NCBI RefSeq assembly: GCF_022045235.1
Contig: NW_027266267.1
Location: 17,422,001 to 17,486,000 of the forward strand
Length of the DNA: 64,000 nt
From: Haliotis cracherodii
Taxonomy: Eukaryota
Direction: 5' to 3'
Part shown: positions 27,300 to 41,700 of the stretch, piece by piece
How the letters are laid out: the number at the start of each line of letters is the position of its first letter
Position numbering within the stretch: the first letter of the stretch is position 1
Position numbers and translations under genes: made by a program
The notes under the pieces: model-generated
Databases searched by the model: none
Told to the model about the DNA's origin: nothing
Seen by the model: only the letters and a program-made list of their open reading frames with translations

Positions 27300-28137
27300 A
27301 AAATTAAGTATCTCATTAAAACTGAAACGTTAAAAAATCACAAAAACAAATAATTCTATTGTCGAAAAAACAACACTCTCCGGAGGGCTTATGTGATTCA
27401 CGTGATGCGATCACAGCCTGGCACCGTCGTCTCATGCTCCCAATAAGTGTCTGGATGGTTGCCAAGGGAAGATTGACCCAGTAAACACGACGATCTGTGA
27501 AGTCTAGACAGTATCCAGAATTCATCCGTGAACAGTACTGGTTTGTCCAGTAAACGAGGTCTTGATCAGCCCAATACAAACGTGCCTGCTTGTGATTTCG
27601 GGCTAGTGGGGTGCGAATGCAGATGGTGTCTTGCTGCAATCGGGAGAAACCTGTCTTCCTGCTGTGTGGTGGAACGCTGTCGTCCACGTGCATGTCACTG
27701 GGTAGCTGATACAAACATGTGGTTTCGATTCCATGCCCTGCTGATCACACGTTGGCTGACACCAAAGACGTTTGCAACATGACGTTGCGTTGACCAAGTT
27801 TTAAGCATGCCAATGCATGTGCCTAATTCGTCGGTCGTCAAACGACGTCCTTGACATTGAGGGATACATGTGCATTCAGTTGTTGCATTCAGTCCTAGTA
27901 ACAAATGTTGTTGTGCTCTCTGGTAATGGTGTACAACGATTATGTCATTATACATCCAAACACAGGTGTTCAAGCACCTCGTGCACAGTGAATGCATGCC
28001 TCTGTCCTTTCCTCATGAAAGTGCAGTCCTATAGGGGTTACCCAATCATTGTGTACCAGAATATTTCAATCTGTATTTGTTGGATTTAATTTTGATATCA
28101 TTTAAACTTGATCCTATGCATACTTTGAGTAGTATAT
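27300..28137 (-). mobile_element. Highly degenerate, internally deleted Tc1-like transposon
   Basis: Fragments IGML..QRHVANVFGVSQ..ISR (HTH) and LIGSMRRRCQAVI; terminus ...GAGTAGTATA. Confidence 0.72.
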
Positions 28138-29866
28138 AACAATGAGACATACATACTTGAATCGTTTACTTTTGTCATTCGTAATGGAATATTCATTCAT
28201 GAACTAATGATTTCCATACAGCATGCTATCTAGTGACATGTTTACGTGTAATCAACGAGGTGCTCATTCCATTAGACGCTATATATGTCATACGTTGTAC
28301 TCGTAGTCAAAGGGAAACCACTCTCAATCTCCATATACATTAACTGCTCTTGACAAGACAAGGTCACGGTCATTGCGATAGTATGTACATATACTGCTAG
28401 TGTTTCAACCGAAATATACGAAACGGTAATATACTATGTTGCTTCACGTAACATTTGCATGGAATCATTGTGGAACTGTCATCTGCCATCGACTCACTGT
28501 TAGGCAGAAGTCATAATCTCAGCGGTGTTTGTTTAGATCTGTGGTTCGTGTTTTGAAAGTGCTAATAGAAAACACTCGATCTTGTGGTCAGAAATGATAC
28601 ATTAGACCCATACTGTCGAATCGTTTTCTTCAACATGCCCTCTTTGGGCCGTCATTGCACCAGTCGTAAGCTCCTACAATACGTCCGAAACTGTCTTAAT
28701 TTTTGCCATAAACGTAAGACAGCTTTGCGTTTTGTTTATAGGCCGCCAGAGAGAAAAGCATACTACAATGCAGATAATACCAAGCACAAGGTTAGGTAGA
28801 AGTTATGTATACTGTCAACACGACCAGAGGGTCAACGAGTGCATACAACGTAGAGTACATTTGTTATATAGAGAGATCATGTTATGTATAATCGTCTATG
28901 CGTAGCATAGGCATGTACTTACCACAATGTTGTATCCCGCCAGGATCCATCAGAATCAGTAGTGAAAACACCCATCGACTCATTTCAAAGACTAAAGCTT
29001 GCAGCCCACCAACATGCACAGGGAGAGGCGTTATCTGTATAGCTGATAATATCTTTACTTCCGGATTTACCACAGGTAGACTACATTGTATATATGGTGT
29101 ATGAATATTCCCAGTACACATATCAGATTTCGAGATCTCCAAATGTATGTGAATTACACTGGGTCGATATACACTATATGATGACAACGTAAATGCTTAA
29201 CAAGGCTGATTTAATTGAAGAGTGGCATGAAGTGAAGCACAACAGTTCAACAGATAATTTCTCTCCTCACTAATTTAAGTTTCATTGAATATCCCTTTTT
29301 ACTATAATAAACATCTTTGTATATACAAGGCAATTGATCAAAAATGGTTTAAAATCAGGTGCACAAATGTTCACAGATTTTATCGTTTGAAATATCACTG
29401 TTGGATTACACAAAATGAAAAAAAAGTATGACAGAAATTGCATCCGAAACAAGATAAACTGAATTGAAATTATGATAGATCTGCACGAGATCATTAACTA
29501 TAGCAGAAAAAGGGAAAAGAGTAAAGTACAAAACAGGTTATCCAGTAAAAAACCTAAAAACCGTCATTTAAAAACGTGAAAATATACATCTGTGTAATTT
29601 AACTGAATTATTATTTATGAAAGCATACCCGGTCTGGCATCAGCTGATTATGGTGGAGTGTTGAACGCTAAGACCGCACATGATAATCACATGATCTACA
29701 ACATAAAACTTATTCATGCTTAAATATTCATCGCGTAAATCATTCAAAATCCGTTTCAAAACTCTTGGTTCCTTGGTATTTACTTTAAATAGAACAATGG
29801 TTACTGTTCAACCTTAGGATGGTGACCACGAAATAGACTTCAGAGTGCAGTTTAGTTTAGACTTGC

Positions 29867-29954
29867 CCTGCGCCTCATACACTTTTAGACATATTATCCA
29901 AGAGCACCGTTTGGTGACCTCGGTTGGTAGAGCAAGGTGGATGACGGCAGACAT
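29867..29954 (-). CDS. Tentative leader exon of gene D (MSAVIHLALPTEVTKRCSWIICLKVYEAQ)
   Basis: Correct phase 1, GC-type donor G|GCAAGT, faint nucleotide likeness to the gene B leader; poor signal-peptide hydrophobicity. Confidence 0.2.
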
Positions 29955-31270
29955 CCTCAAGGGTGCAGCTTTAGACGACAGCAGCCATATCTATTGTTGC
30001 AGGTCAAGAAAGATCTAGATTGTAATGGTAATCACGCGACAGGACGCACGCGGGACCCGAATAGCCACTTACACTTATGCATATCCGCCAATTGTACACA
30101 TGCAGGAAGTCGGACGGCGATTTTTCATTGTCGACGAAGTCGTTGGTGATGTAGCAGCCGTAGTCAACGTCACGACAAGCCATGAAATCCGATCAGGGCC
30201 GATCTCTCTGTTTTGTAGGTGGAGAAATTACATAATCTGTATGTACGTTAAGAAGAGAATATCTCTATTCTTATCACAATATGCTGCGCGTGATTTCTAA
30301 ACTATACATGCTAATCCTGAACAAGAAATGTGGTGCATCTCGGGTCATGGATCTATGACGTCTATGTTCGTTTGTGCATCGAACCAAAGTAATATTTACT
30401 GCATATGCGTAATTCTTCATGTATATTATTCGCGTTTCTTTTGTTGGTGAGCATATATTGTCAGTCAATAATTCCAGAAACTCACATATTTGGGAATCGG
30501 AATGTTTCTGACTTACTTTCAGTTTCAAAACAAAAGAACACATCCATTAAAATTGTTGTAACATTAAATGTCTAAACTCTAGAAACTCATCGAACCAAAC
30601 AGCGTTCAATGATAAGTGTCGTCTCACTCTGGGCAAGGCACTTACTGCTCTCTTCACTATACCCAGTTATCCTACATCGTGTTCGTTAATGTCTTTCATA
30701 TTGCAGACACAGATTTGAATTTTCAAATGACGTTGACTTCAGCTGTTCAGCTATTAGATCTATGCAACAGACAATGTTAAGTACTTGGGTGATATATCAA
30801 ATCTGAATGGCATGGAATTTAACTCAGAGCTGAATAGACTTATTCAATCATATCATAGTTCAACGAGGAAAACTAGATATGATACATAATAATGGTCAGA
30901 TATCGGGCAACTCAAAACATTTACATAGAGGGACTGATGTTGATATTACCTATAAAGGAAAATGGTGTGGCCAATCAATTTAAGAGCACTGATGAGAAAT
31001 TCACCGTGAATTGCCAGTCTATACCCCTATCAAGATCAATGTTTGAAGCCTATTTGTATACTGAGTCAAATTAAAAACATATTTTATAAGTAATCCCATA
31101 TATGATATACAACAGACAAATGTATCAGAGAAGGTAATTTTTAATCATTAATGTCCAAAGAAGGATTTTAATTAACGGTGCTAACCATAATTTGTTCCTA
31201 GCACCTACGGTATTCGGTAATAACATCAACAGTTTAAATCCCAAGCACGAGAATCTGATGGCACATAAGT

Positions 31271-32422
31271 TCAGTAGCGTGTATGGCCACCATGTGCGTT
31301 GACAACTGCCACACAACGCCTCCGCATGGACCTTTTGATACTTGTGAACACATGACTGGGAAGACGACGCCATTGATGCTGCAAAATGATGCAAAGATCT
31401 TGCAAATTCTGTGGTTGGTTCTGGAGAGTACGCAGACTTCTGACAAGAGCATCCCAGTCGTGTTCGAAGGGATTGAGGTCGGGAGACCTTGACAGTCAGT
31501 CAGTGACGTTGACTCCCGCATTCTGAAGGAAATTCCTTGTCAAAATTGCTGTGTGGGGTCTTGCATTGTCGCGTTGGAAGATCAAACCTGGTCCATGTGC
31601 TGCCATAAAAGGCAGAAGTTCTGGCGCCAGTATCTGGTCGCGGTTAGCAGCAGCTTTGAGGTTGCCACAGATGACAAGAAGCCTGGAACGTGCATTGCCA
31701 CAGAAAGCACCCCACACGATGACACTTCCGCCTCGAAATCTGTCAACTTCCTGTACACAACACTAGGCGTAACGTTCATGACGGCGCCTCCACACCCTTG
31801 CCCTACCATCAGCAAATCGAAGATTAAATCGGGATTCATCACTGAAGACGACTTGATTTCCATTCCTCTGAGTCCATCGTAAGTGTCGATGTGCCCAATA
31901 TTGACGTTGACGTCTGTGTAATTGAGTCAGAATCGGCCCGCAGTATGGCCGTCGTGCTTGAAGGTGTGCAGTTCTCAGATGGTTTCGAACAGTTTGCGCA
32001 CTCAGTCTACCCCTAAACAGTTCAATTCTGGTTGATGTAGCCGTCAAAAATCGGTTACGGAGGTGACGTAAGACAATCTGACGATCCTCTGCATGTGACG
32101 TCACACGTGATCGACCAGGCCGAGGGCGATCAGCGGTTGTACCCGTTTGCTGTAGACGCGTCTGTAAATCATAAACAGTCCGTCGACTACAACCCATCGT
32201 CCTTGCGACTTCAGCTACGGACGTTCCCGCCTGCAACATGCCGATGGCACGTTCACGTTGCACATTTGAAAGGCGTGGCATGACCAATGGAAACACTTTT
32301 GCCACTATAGTGCTGTGCACATGATTTTGATCGATTCACCTGCACAAAAACGGGCCCACAATGATAACTGGTCAAAATATTAAAATTTAAGGATTGTGAA
32401 GTTTTTAATTTGGTTCAGTATA
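31271..32422 (-). mobile_element. Tc1 (DD34E) transposon with a full-length 337-codon transposase frame (31271-32281) carrying two nonsense codons
   Basis: MPRLS..RERAIGML, FSDESRF, DNARPH-34-E (SPDLNPFE), GGHTRY*; a single reading frame throughout. Confidence 0.93.
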
Positions 32423-32569
32423 TACACCAAAGAGTAGTGCCATTATGATTGGTAAATATAAGCAGTTGAGGGATGAGCGAGGGTGGTGAGATCTCTTGTC
32501 TGACATGATTCTTTGTGTGACTTTGTCAATAACCTGAATTTCTTCTTTCGTTCACCAGACAACACCAAA

Positions 32570-33110
32570 AGCAAATGAAAGGACAGATACAGCATAAGTG
32601 TTTGTAGTTTTAACTTTATTGCGATCGTTCAGCTTGATATTGGCATTCTCTTTGTCCCTAACCTGCTTCCCTAAGTACGTTTAGGCCTCACCTTCCACGA
32701 GATCGTCAATAACTCCTCCCCTGTAGATATATATCTTAACTAGAGGTAAGCGCCATACAGCTCATGCTGGGGTTACCTCCCATGCACAGCACATGGCCAA
32801 CCACCGGAAGCCGCACTCTTGCATGGAAACACATGGACCTAGGGAAGATGGTCTCTTAGAAGTTCACTCTTCTTGTTAATATACTTTAGAGTTGACACAG
32901 CAACTTACATCCCCCAAGAAAAGTGACTGATGCCCCCTCTTCTACCTTGCCACATTTCAGAGGAAGAATGTTGCATTTGTCGAGTCCAAAGAACGTGACG
33001 ATATCATTAGAAATGGATTCGACAAGGAGAATCTGTTTTTTGAGTGAAGATCCTCCGCTGGCAATAAATTCAAGGTCATCCATGTACAGGAGGCGAGTAA
33101 GGCGTGTTGG
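32570..33110 (-). mobile_element. Non-LTR retrotransposon reverse-transcriptase fragment (R4/Dong-like)
   Basis: LLYMDDL...FGLDKC, with a downstream degenerate YLG motif; adjacent to a (TAA)n tract. Confidence 0.7.
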
Positions 33111-33179
33111 GGATCTGTGCCGAGGAGGTGTAGGGAGATACCCTACCTCTTTGCTTATCAAATAGCTATTGTGGTTGTT

Positions 33180-33212
33180 GTATTATTATAATTATTATTA
33201 TAATTATTATTA

Positions 33213-33267
<55 letters not shown>
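33180..33267. repeat. (TAT)n microsatellite
   Basis: Seen directly in the sequence. Confidence 0.95.
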
Positions 33268-34747
33268 GCTGTTCCATTATTATTAAAATTGTCGTAGGGA
33301 AGGCATCCTATGAGAGCTTTAAAGCTCTGGGACACCCAAACCATTGCTGATGTGTTCCATTACATTTCTTGATAGCATTCCTAAGTTTGTTTTCAAATAC
33401 ATAAATAAGTCATTTGGCCAATCATTTTTTTAAACAAATAACTAGTTCATTTAACAAAATATGAATTGAAAAAAAACCCAGATTCTATCCAGGATTTTAT
33501 AGATTTTGTTCACCTCCTCTCTTATCAATATTGTACATCCTGTATATTTGTCGGTTTACGAAACTCTTGTTCCACCGTAAATAAAGGATTAGAAGTCGAC
33601 ATTCCTGGGACAGGTCGATATCCATTGCAACAACAGGTGTTGTTGGAGTGATTCCAAATCCTATTGCTGGACCATTAGGCGTGGTACTTGCAAGTCTCAC
33701 TAAAGTGAGGGAGCCTATTTTGATAGGTCAGATTGAGATGTTGTGACAGTTAACAATGCCATTTATTTTATAAATGTTTGACATTTTGTTAAGTGCAGGT
33801 ATCGTCTATCATGCTTCTCCCAACTCCTTTTCTGTACACCTTATTTCACTTCCTACTGCACTCACTCAATTGTCAGGTGATATTCATATTCAGAAAGTAA
33901 ATTTAAAACAAACATTACCAGTGTGCGTGTGTTTTGTATCATTAATCTTGACTGATAATATACATTTACATTCATCGATCTCGTGTTCATAACCACAATA
34001 GTCAACATTTTTCGTAATCCCTGGGAATGGGCAACCCACTGACCAATCACAGTGTTTACGCAATGAGTGTTGCTCAATCTCCTGGATTTGGCAATTAACT
34101 AATCTGTGTAATCCCGTGCAGTGGGCGAAAAAGCAGCCCCGCGATGGATGATAAAATACAACTTGAGAATCTGATCAACAACAGAACATAACTTTATTCA
34201 CTCAATGCTATAGCATAATCACATAGCATAATCTAGAGTTTAAAATGGCCTATTGTTTAATGTCATGTCGGACATGTTTCCATTGATTACAGTATTCACT
34301 AAATACATCTAACGTGATCTTTCTGCAGATCATCATTAGTAGAAGCTGAAAACGCTGTATCATCAACATACAGCAAAACGAATAACTTCAGGTAGATATT
34401 TATGTGGACTCCGTAGTCTATAATCCGATCGACAGTTTTATTGAGCCATTTTTATATCAAGTAGGACTTGTATTACATTATCCTGTAAACATGTACTTTT
34501 CACATAATCTGAATTTTACAATGAAAGAGGAATGCAGCATGTTAACAGACATGATCTAAAGCCAACATGCGTTGGGTATCCCTCTTTTACTTGGGTGAAC
34601 CAACAGCAACACAAATGTGAATGGTTTCTCTGTCCTGGATAAAGTCAACAAGTAAGATTGAGTGAATATATCCCAGCAAAGCAACACATCAAATGTTCCA
34701 TGATCCATTACTTGAAAGATGATGCCATAGCATGGATTGTTGCCTCT

Positions 34748-37700
34748 TCATATATTTCCATAGTCAGCATCTGGAAAAGAACAGAAAACATTGTATAACG
34801 CAGGTAGTTAATAAGGAGATACACATAATGTGTAACCATGACAATATTAAACGCTTTGTTTTTATATTGATATTGTGTGAAACGGCACTGGTTGCATGCA
34901 ATGGTTTGAGTGAGTTGTTGATCTGAATTATGGAAACCCCAATAATATCGCTTAAACAAAATATGGCGCTATATTTGCACAAACATATTCATTTCATATC
35001 GTAATACCTCACTCGCATGGTACACATGGTCCCTCTAAAGAAAACACTGCTCGTCACTAGTGTGAGTGAATAAGTGATTGAGTGAGTGAGTTGGGTTTAA
35101 CACCCCTTTATCAGTATCCCAGTTATATAAGGGCGTGTAAGCTTGATGTGGGAGGAAAGCCCGAGGCGATGCAGGTCTCAGACGTTTACCACTTTGGTGA
35201 AACATTTCTATATATAATAGCTTCCAGGGTCATGGTGCCGTCAAATCAGCTGTTTCAATTGAAAGGTGATTATAGTAATTTGTGGGGCGGTCTGGTAGCC
35301 TTGTTGTTAAAGTGTTCCCTCATCACGCCGAAGACCCGGGTTCAATTTCCAAAGCCCATTTCTGGTGTCCCCCGCCGTAATATTGCTGGAACATTGCTAA
35401 AATCGGCGTAAAACCATACTCACTCACTCACTGTAATAATTTGATACCGTGATTGACCGATCAGAATCGAGTATTTCACATTCATGGTAGAAATTATAAT
35501 TGTGTGCGTTTATGGAGGTGTAAGAACCGTTGTGCATGCCTTACACAAATGAAATACCTATACTGTGCATACATCCACTGACTCAATTTATACGTTGTGC
35601 TTATCAGCTTTTATATTATACCTTCATAAACGCAAACAAAATATTGAATAAAAAACAACAAAACCCCTTTCATATTCATGACACGTCTCTGCTATAATCC
35701 ATTCTACGATTCCGACTGTATCATGTGCAATTCTTATCAATAAATAAGTCAATAAAAATACATTCTCAGACTGCTAATCAATTTAAAAGCATAAACAACT
35801 GTAGACAACGATTAATAGCATAGTTCAGTGCAATATAACGATATAATATAACATTAATCACTATTTTTGATTGGAACAGGGAGGATATCAATTCAAATTA
35901 GTATACAATGAGTGAGTGAGTGAGTGAGTGAGTGAGTGAGTATGGTTTTACGCCACTATTAGCATTATTCAGCAATATCACCTTCAAGGGACTTCACACA
36001 TTATTACCATGTAGGGAATCGAACCCGAACCTTCGACGTGACGAGCGCACGTTTTAACCACTTGACAACACCACCGCCCCTTTGAATAGATTATACAACA
36101 TACAAGCACAGTTTGAGAATGATGTAAGATTAAAGTTAGTCACAGCGCTACGAGATTCAAAGATTAATTACCACGAGGTTGACCGCCACTGTCCTGGTAC
36201 GGAGATGCGTTGATGGATTCATAGGTCACAGGGGGAGTCTCTGCCATGCCTTCAAAGGTACTCGTATCTGCTGGAGCATCTTCTAGAAGATATATGATTG
36301 TTTATATCATATATATATATATTCTTTTAAAACGTAAGGGATAAGAAAATTCAAATCTTAATTGCAAGTTTTATAACAAAGATAGTTGTTGACAACAAGC
36401 ATCCTATGCAAGACCGTTCATGTCTTTAAAACATTGTTCCCAAACACATCAGGTGCCGCACGCAGTGGTCCCACACCCGTGCGTAGCGTGCCATTCCTGA
36501 TTATGACACTTTCAGAGAAGGTGGAATAATCTCTGTTCACCATTATGTCTGTCAATCTGATTGATTTTGCTTATCTTACAGTTGTGATTTACTTGATTTC
36601 TTTCATTGTTTGTGTATGATATAGCGACGAGGCATCTGCAACACACGGTGCGGCCACGGGCTATTGGCATGCTGGAAACTGGCAGAAAAGATCGACCCCA
36701 TTCAGGGAGTCCCTGGTCAACGACAAGAGTACAGGATCGACTGTTCCGCTACCAGGCTCTACAAAATCGACCTCAAACGGGAAATTAGATTGGTGCAAAC
36801 TTTCACCAGGCAACTAGGGACGAGTTACGGGTCAGACGAATAGATGCTCGTCTAGATGCTCCATGCTCCATGCTCGGCGGCCACGTGTGGTGCCGCCCCT
36901 TACAAATCGTCATATTGCCAACAGTTGTCAATGGTGTACACAATGTCGAAACTGGGGTAATCATCGCTGGTCATGTGGCATGTTTTCGTCAAGTTCATGT
37001 CAACATGAGACCTCATGGGGAATTTGGCGGTGGATCGGTTCTGGTGTGGGGGGTGGAATCACTTTTACTGACCGAACCCCACCACACATTGTGCAAGGAA
37101 GGGTCACTGCACAGTACTATCTGGACACCATACTGACACCCTTTGTTGTCCCGTTTGCAAGGCGTGTGGGTCGACGATTTGTCTTTCAGGATGACAACTC
37201 CCGTGTTCGACGCGCACGAATCGTCAGTGTTCACCTTCAGCAGCACAACATCTAGCAAAGAGTCCAGACCTTTCCCCCATTGAAAACATCTAGGACATTA
37301 TAGGGACATGTGCGCGTCAACATTATAGGCCGCCAACCACGTTGGCTGAACTTGGTCAGGTCCTGCATGAGGAGTGGGACAGACTCCCCAAAATCGCCAT
37401 AAGGACATTTATACGCAGTATGCCTCGTCGAGTGAATGAGTGTTTGACAAATCGTGGCCGTATTACGCACTACTGATCCAAAACCGCAACTTTGAAATTT
37501 CCCATCTCACCCCTATCGTTTTTCTAGATTGTTGGTTAGCAGTCATAGCATCGACTGTCATACATCAATGTAATATGTTCACAATTCCCTCATTGTAATG
37601 ATACAACTAATACTAGAAACTGATACCTCTTACAACTTTGGAATCTGCAGGTTGTTTCCGAGTATTCTTTACTTTCTTCTCTACTTCTCTTCTGAAGAGT

Positions 37701-38535
37701 ATGTGTGTACATACTTACTCTTCAGAAAGTAATATTTTCATTTTCATGTTTGGTTGTAGTACGATGTGTACAATGCTGTCAATACTAATCTGACAGTAAC
37801 ATACTGCAATACTGGACATTCAATACTATTATAACCGTTAACGGCTCAATTACCTTTCGTGTTCTCATAAATCTTCAGCTGTGAGTAATTTTGTTTATCT
37901 GGTGCCTTTTCCTCCAAACTTGTGTACTGAGCCGGACTGTTGACTGCATCTAAAAAAATACAGATTCTATCAGTTCTGAGAGACTGTGGTATAAGTGTGA
38001 GATCATTAGCAGTAATATTACCGACCACGTACCCAAGGAAGAATAGCCAATGTTGTCAATTTCTGTATCTTCAGCTCGACTGGTGCTGCAAACGTTGACA
38101 GGTCAGTTCATTAAAGTACATGTACATGTAGGACACGAGTTGTCCACATCATTTCAGTTAGGTTTAGATTTTAAAAGATCATCATTAACATTATTCCATC
38201 AATTTATATTTATCTATTTGTAGTTTTATCGCTGCTATATTGTGATTACTTCATAAGCATGGACTACTTCAGTTATTACTGTCGTCAGTTATGTCAAAAG
38301 GTGAACATTTTTGGCGACTCTGTCATGTTTTTGGAAGCAAAGTTTATTGATCCTCGCACGTACATAATCAAAAATTAATTTAGAATAACATATGGGGGTG
38401 AAACAGATATCTGCATTGTGTCTCTTAAACAGATCAGCACTAATCGAAACTGATATCAGAAGACACGCAGGAGAGAATCCCTATAAATCCATACAATATG
38501 AATTCATTTGGAATACCTTTTTTGTGATGCAGTTC
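34748..38535 (-). CDS. Gene C cytoplasmic exons (19, 53, 96, 111, 23 nt)
   Basis: GTASQK-STSRAEDTEIDNIGYSSL-DAVNSPAQYTSLEEKAPDKQNYSQLKIYENTK-EDAPADTSTFEGMAETPPVTYESINASPYQDSGGQPR-DADYGNI*. Confidence 0.86.
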
Positions 38536-38681
38536 CTGCAAAAGATGAAGAATGTCTACATTGTATTTAATAGTAAACACATGACGAATATATCGTATGT
38601 ATAGTGAACATGCTGCACAGGGAGATTATGAAAAGTAAAATGACAAAAGAGGAGTCAGAAGCAACCGTTTCTTTTACAAGT

Positions 38682-38716
<35 letters not shown>

Positions 38717-41700
38717 ATATATTTAACATCTCAGGACTGACGTATAGATGCATATATTTTGTTATTTATGATATTATATTGAAGTTAAGGTCAACTGACG
38801 TATCAGTTAGACCACACTAGGTATGCTGAGTAAGTAACATTATTCCACTTCAATACATAACACTGTTATTCGTCATTATATGCAGTGTCAATATAAAATG
38901 TTATTCTGACTGCAAACATGTTCTTAATACTGCGTCAATTTACTTACAGTTATACGGATAGTTTGTAACATACCTTTCATGGCATGTCCGAACCTGAAAC
39001 CCTTTCTGTAGAGGACCATCACAACAATTCCTTCAATGAACAAGGCAAGAAGCAGAGTTCCAACAGTTGATCCCACGATGTCCTCTGTACAAGTAGCATC
39101 GAGTTGCTGATGGTCTGTAGGATCTGCGTTATAAAAGTATAACGAGTGGTTGTCGTGTATTTACTGGTTTGCAGTAAATCGGTAAACATTACCACATTCA
39201 TTTTCCAACCCAAGTAAGCACATGTTGAACTTATTGATAATTGTTTATGCACTGCAGCTTTAAACTTTTTATATTCTACGATGAACCCGCAACGACAACA
39301 TATCACATAGCAAGGAAATGTTGACGCACCACAATACTTACTATAACTCATATATAAAACACTCAGTTTCTGAACCAGAGTCGATTATTTACAGGTTGCA
39401 GCCATATAAGTGAAATATTGTTGAGGGCAGTGCTATGCAACAAACAACAAATAGATAAACATGCTAATAAACACACAGACAAATATATATGTTGTTTAAA
39501 TAACATTGCCTGTGGCATTGTTTAGTGTGCCGTTAAAAAAAAAACCCAAACAGGCATGCTAAAAATAGGTATGTGTTGCTACAATACATATTTTTCTTCA
39601 TGTAATGTTGTTGATTATGAGAAATTGAGATCCCACGTCAGTGATAATTACCCCCAGGAGTCACAGTTTCCACAATGGCGAAAGATGAACTTTTAGACAA
39701 GGCATTTCTACTATGCAGACGGAAAAGGTGAATATCTCCTGACGTTAGGCCCGTCACTTCCACCACTTTCACCTTGCCAGTGTCATCATACGTGTTGTAC
39801 GCGGTCCACGTTCTTGTAACAAACTGAAGATATTCAAGCATGAAAGACTGGGGATGTCCACCATTGAACCCAGGTTGCCATGACAACCACACCGAAGACG
39901 TTGTTACATTTTCTAGAGATTTGAACTGTGTAGGTGTCCCCGGAGGCCCTATTAAAACAACGTAATACCATATGTTTGTTCTGAGAAACTCTGTATCAAG
40001 ATACTCACAGTGAACATCATGAAGTGAAAAGTCATACTTTCAGAACACACATAAAATGGTATATTGATAAAATAGGCTATAGTAGTAGTAATTATTAATA
40101 ATTGATTATATGAAAACTGAATGGACGAATAAGAATTGGATGTTCACCTTCGACCTTGAGACTGACAGTATATGCCACCGACCGGCCTACACGAGTGTCC
40201 ACTGTAAGACTGTAGTCCCCGAAGTCCTGCTGTTGGAGGTTAGTAAGGTGTAGTCTGGCAGTGACTGAGATGTCTGAGACAGGGCTGGAGGAACCAGTGA
40301 GGTCCTGGCTGGTGCTGGTGGTTCTACTCCAGGTGAATGTAGGAAGGGGGTAGGCCAGGACTGATACAGACACAGTGACGTTACCACCCAGTCTAGCGGC
40401 GTATTTGAGTTGCTGGGGAACTGATTCATCAAGTCGAGGGGGAACTGGTTAAATGTACAAGACAGACGGCAATTAATACACTTGCTTAAACTTATGTATA
40501 GATTCGAGAACAAATAATAAACTGTCCGCACGTGTACGAGTGAAAGAACATACTTAGATGATATCCCTATCGTCCTATCTAACACGAAACAAAACGAAAA
40601 GGTAGGCATTTCCTGTATATACGAGGACTGGTAAAAAAGTTCTAACAAACAAAACGAACAATTGTGAAAGTGTTTTTAATTGTATTTTTCAACTTTATCT
40701 CCCTGGCTTCAATACACTTCTCATATCGATAGTGAAGCTTTTCAATTCCAGTCAGGAAGCAGTTTTCTGAAGCCAACCTGACAAAAACATTCACGGCAGC
40801 TTTGAGGTCATCGTTGTCATCATAGCGCTTCCAACGAAGGTGTTCTAGTTGTTTATGAAACATGTGGCATTAACTGGTGCAAGGTCTGGTGAGCATGGAA
40901 ACTCTTCCAATCCACATTGTCACACAGCAGCCTTTGCAAGTCAAGAGGTGTGAGAAGAGGCATTGTCATGAAATAGTAGAACTCCAGCAGTCAGCCTTCC
41001 TCACTACTTTTCTTTGATTGAGTCTTTCAGGCCATGAAACAAGTCAGCATAGTAGTAATCGGTAATCGTCTTTTGACCGGTAATCAACAAGGATCACAAC
41101 ATTTGCATCCCAGAATACTGTGGCCATAACTTTCTTCACTGATTTTGAATTTCTTGGGTGCTGGAGAAGTGGAATGGGGCCATTTTGTGGATTGACGTTT
41201 TGAATTTGGATCAAAGTAGTAGACCCATGTCTCATCACCCGTGACTAATCTCTTTTTTAATGTGACGAAATCTTAAATTGTCTTAAGATCTGAATTAAGA
41301 AACGTTGGCACCCAATGGGCAAATATCTTATTCATCTGTATATGTTTATGAATAATAGTTTCAATGGATCCATAATAGTTTCAATGGATCCATGTCTGCC
41401 TCAAGTTCAGCAATGGAAACACGTCTAACTGACAGTATACGTTTTTCTATCTCCTTGATTGAATCTTCATTGATGGAGGTTAAGGGATGTCCAGATGTAG
41501 GGTCATCATCACGGCTTGTTCTCCCAGCCTTAAACATAGCTGCCCAACGTTTGACAGTGGAATATCTAGGGCACTTATCCCCATACACTTGTGACTTGCG
41601 GTCATGCATTTGAAGGAAAAACTTGATGACTGCTCGGTTATTTCCATTTGTGTGTCCATTTGGACACCTATCACGTTCAACAGACTGTCACTAACATACA

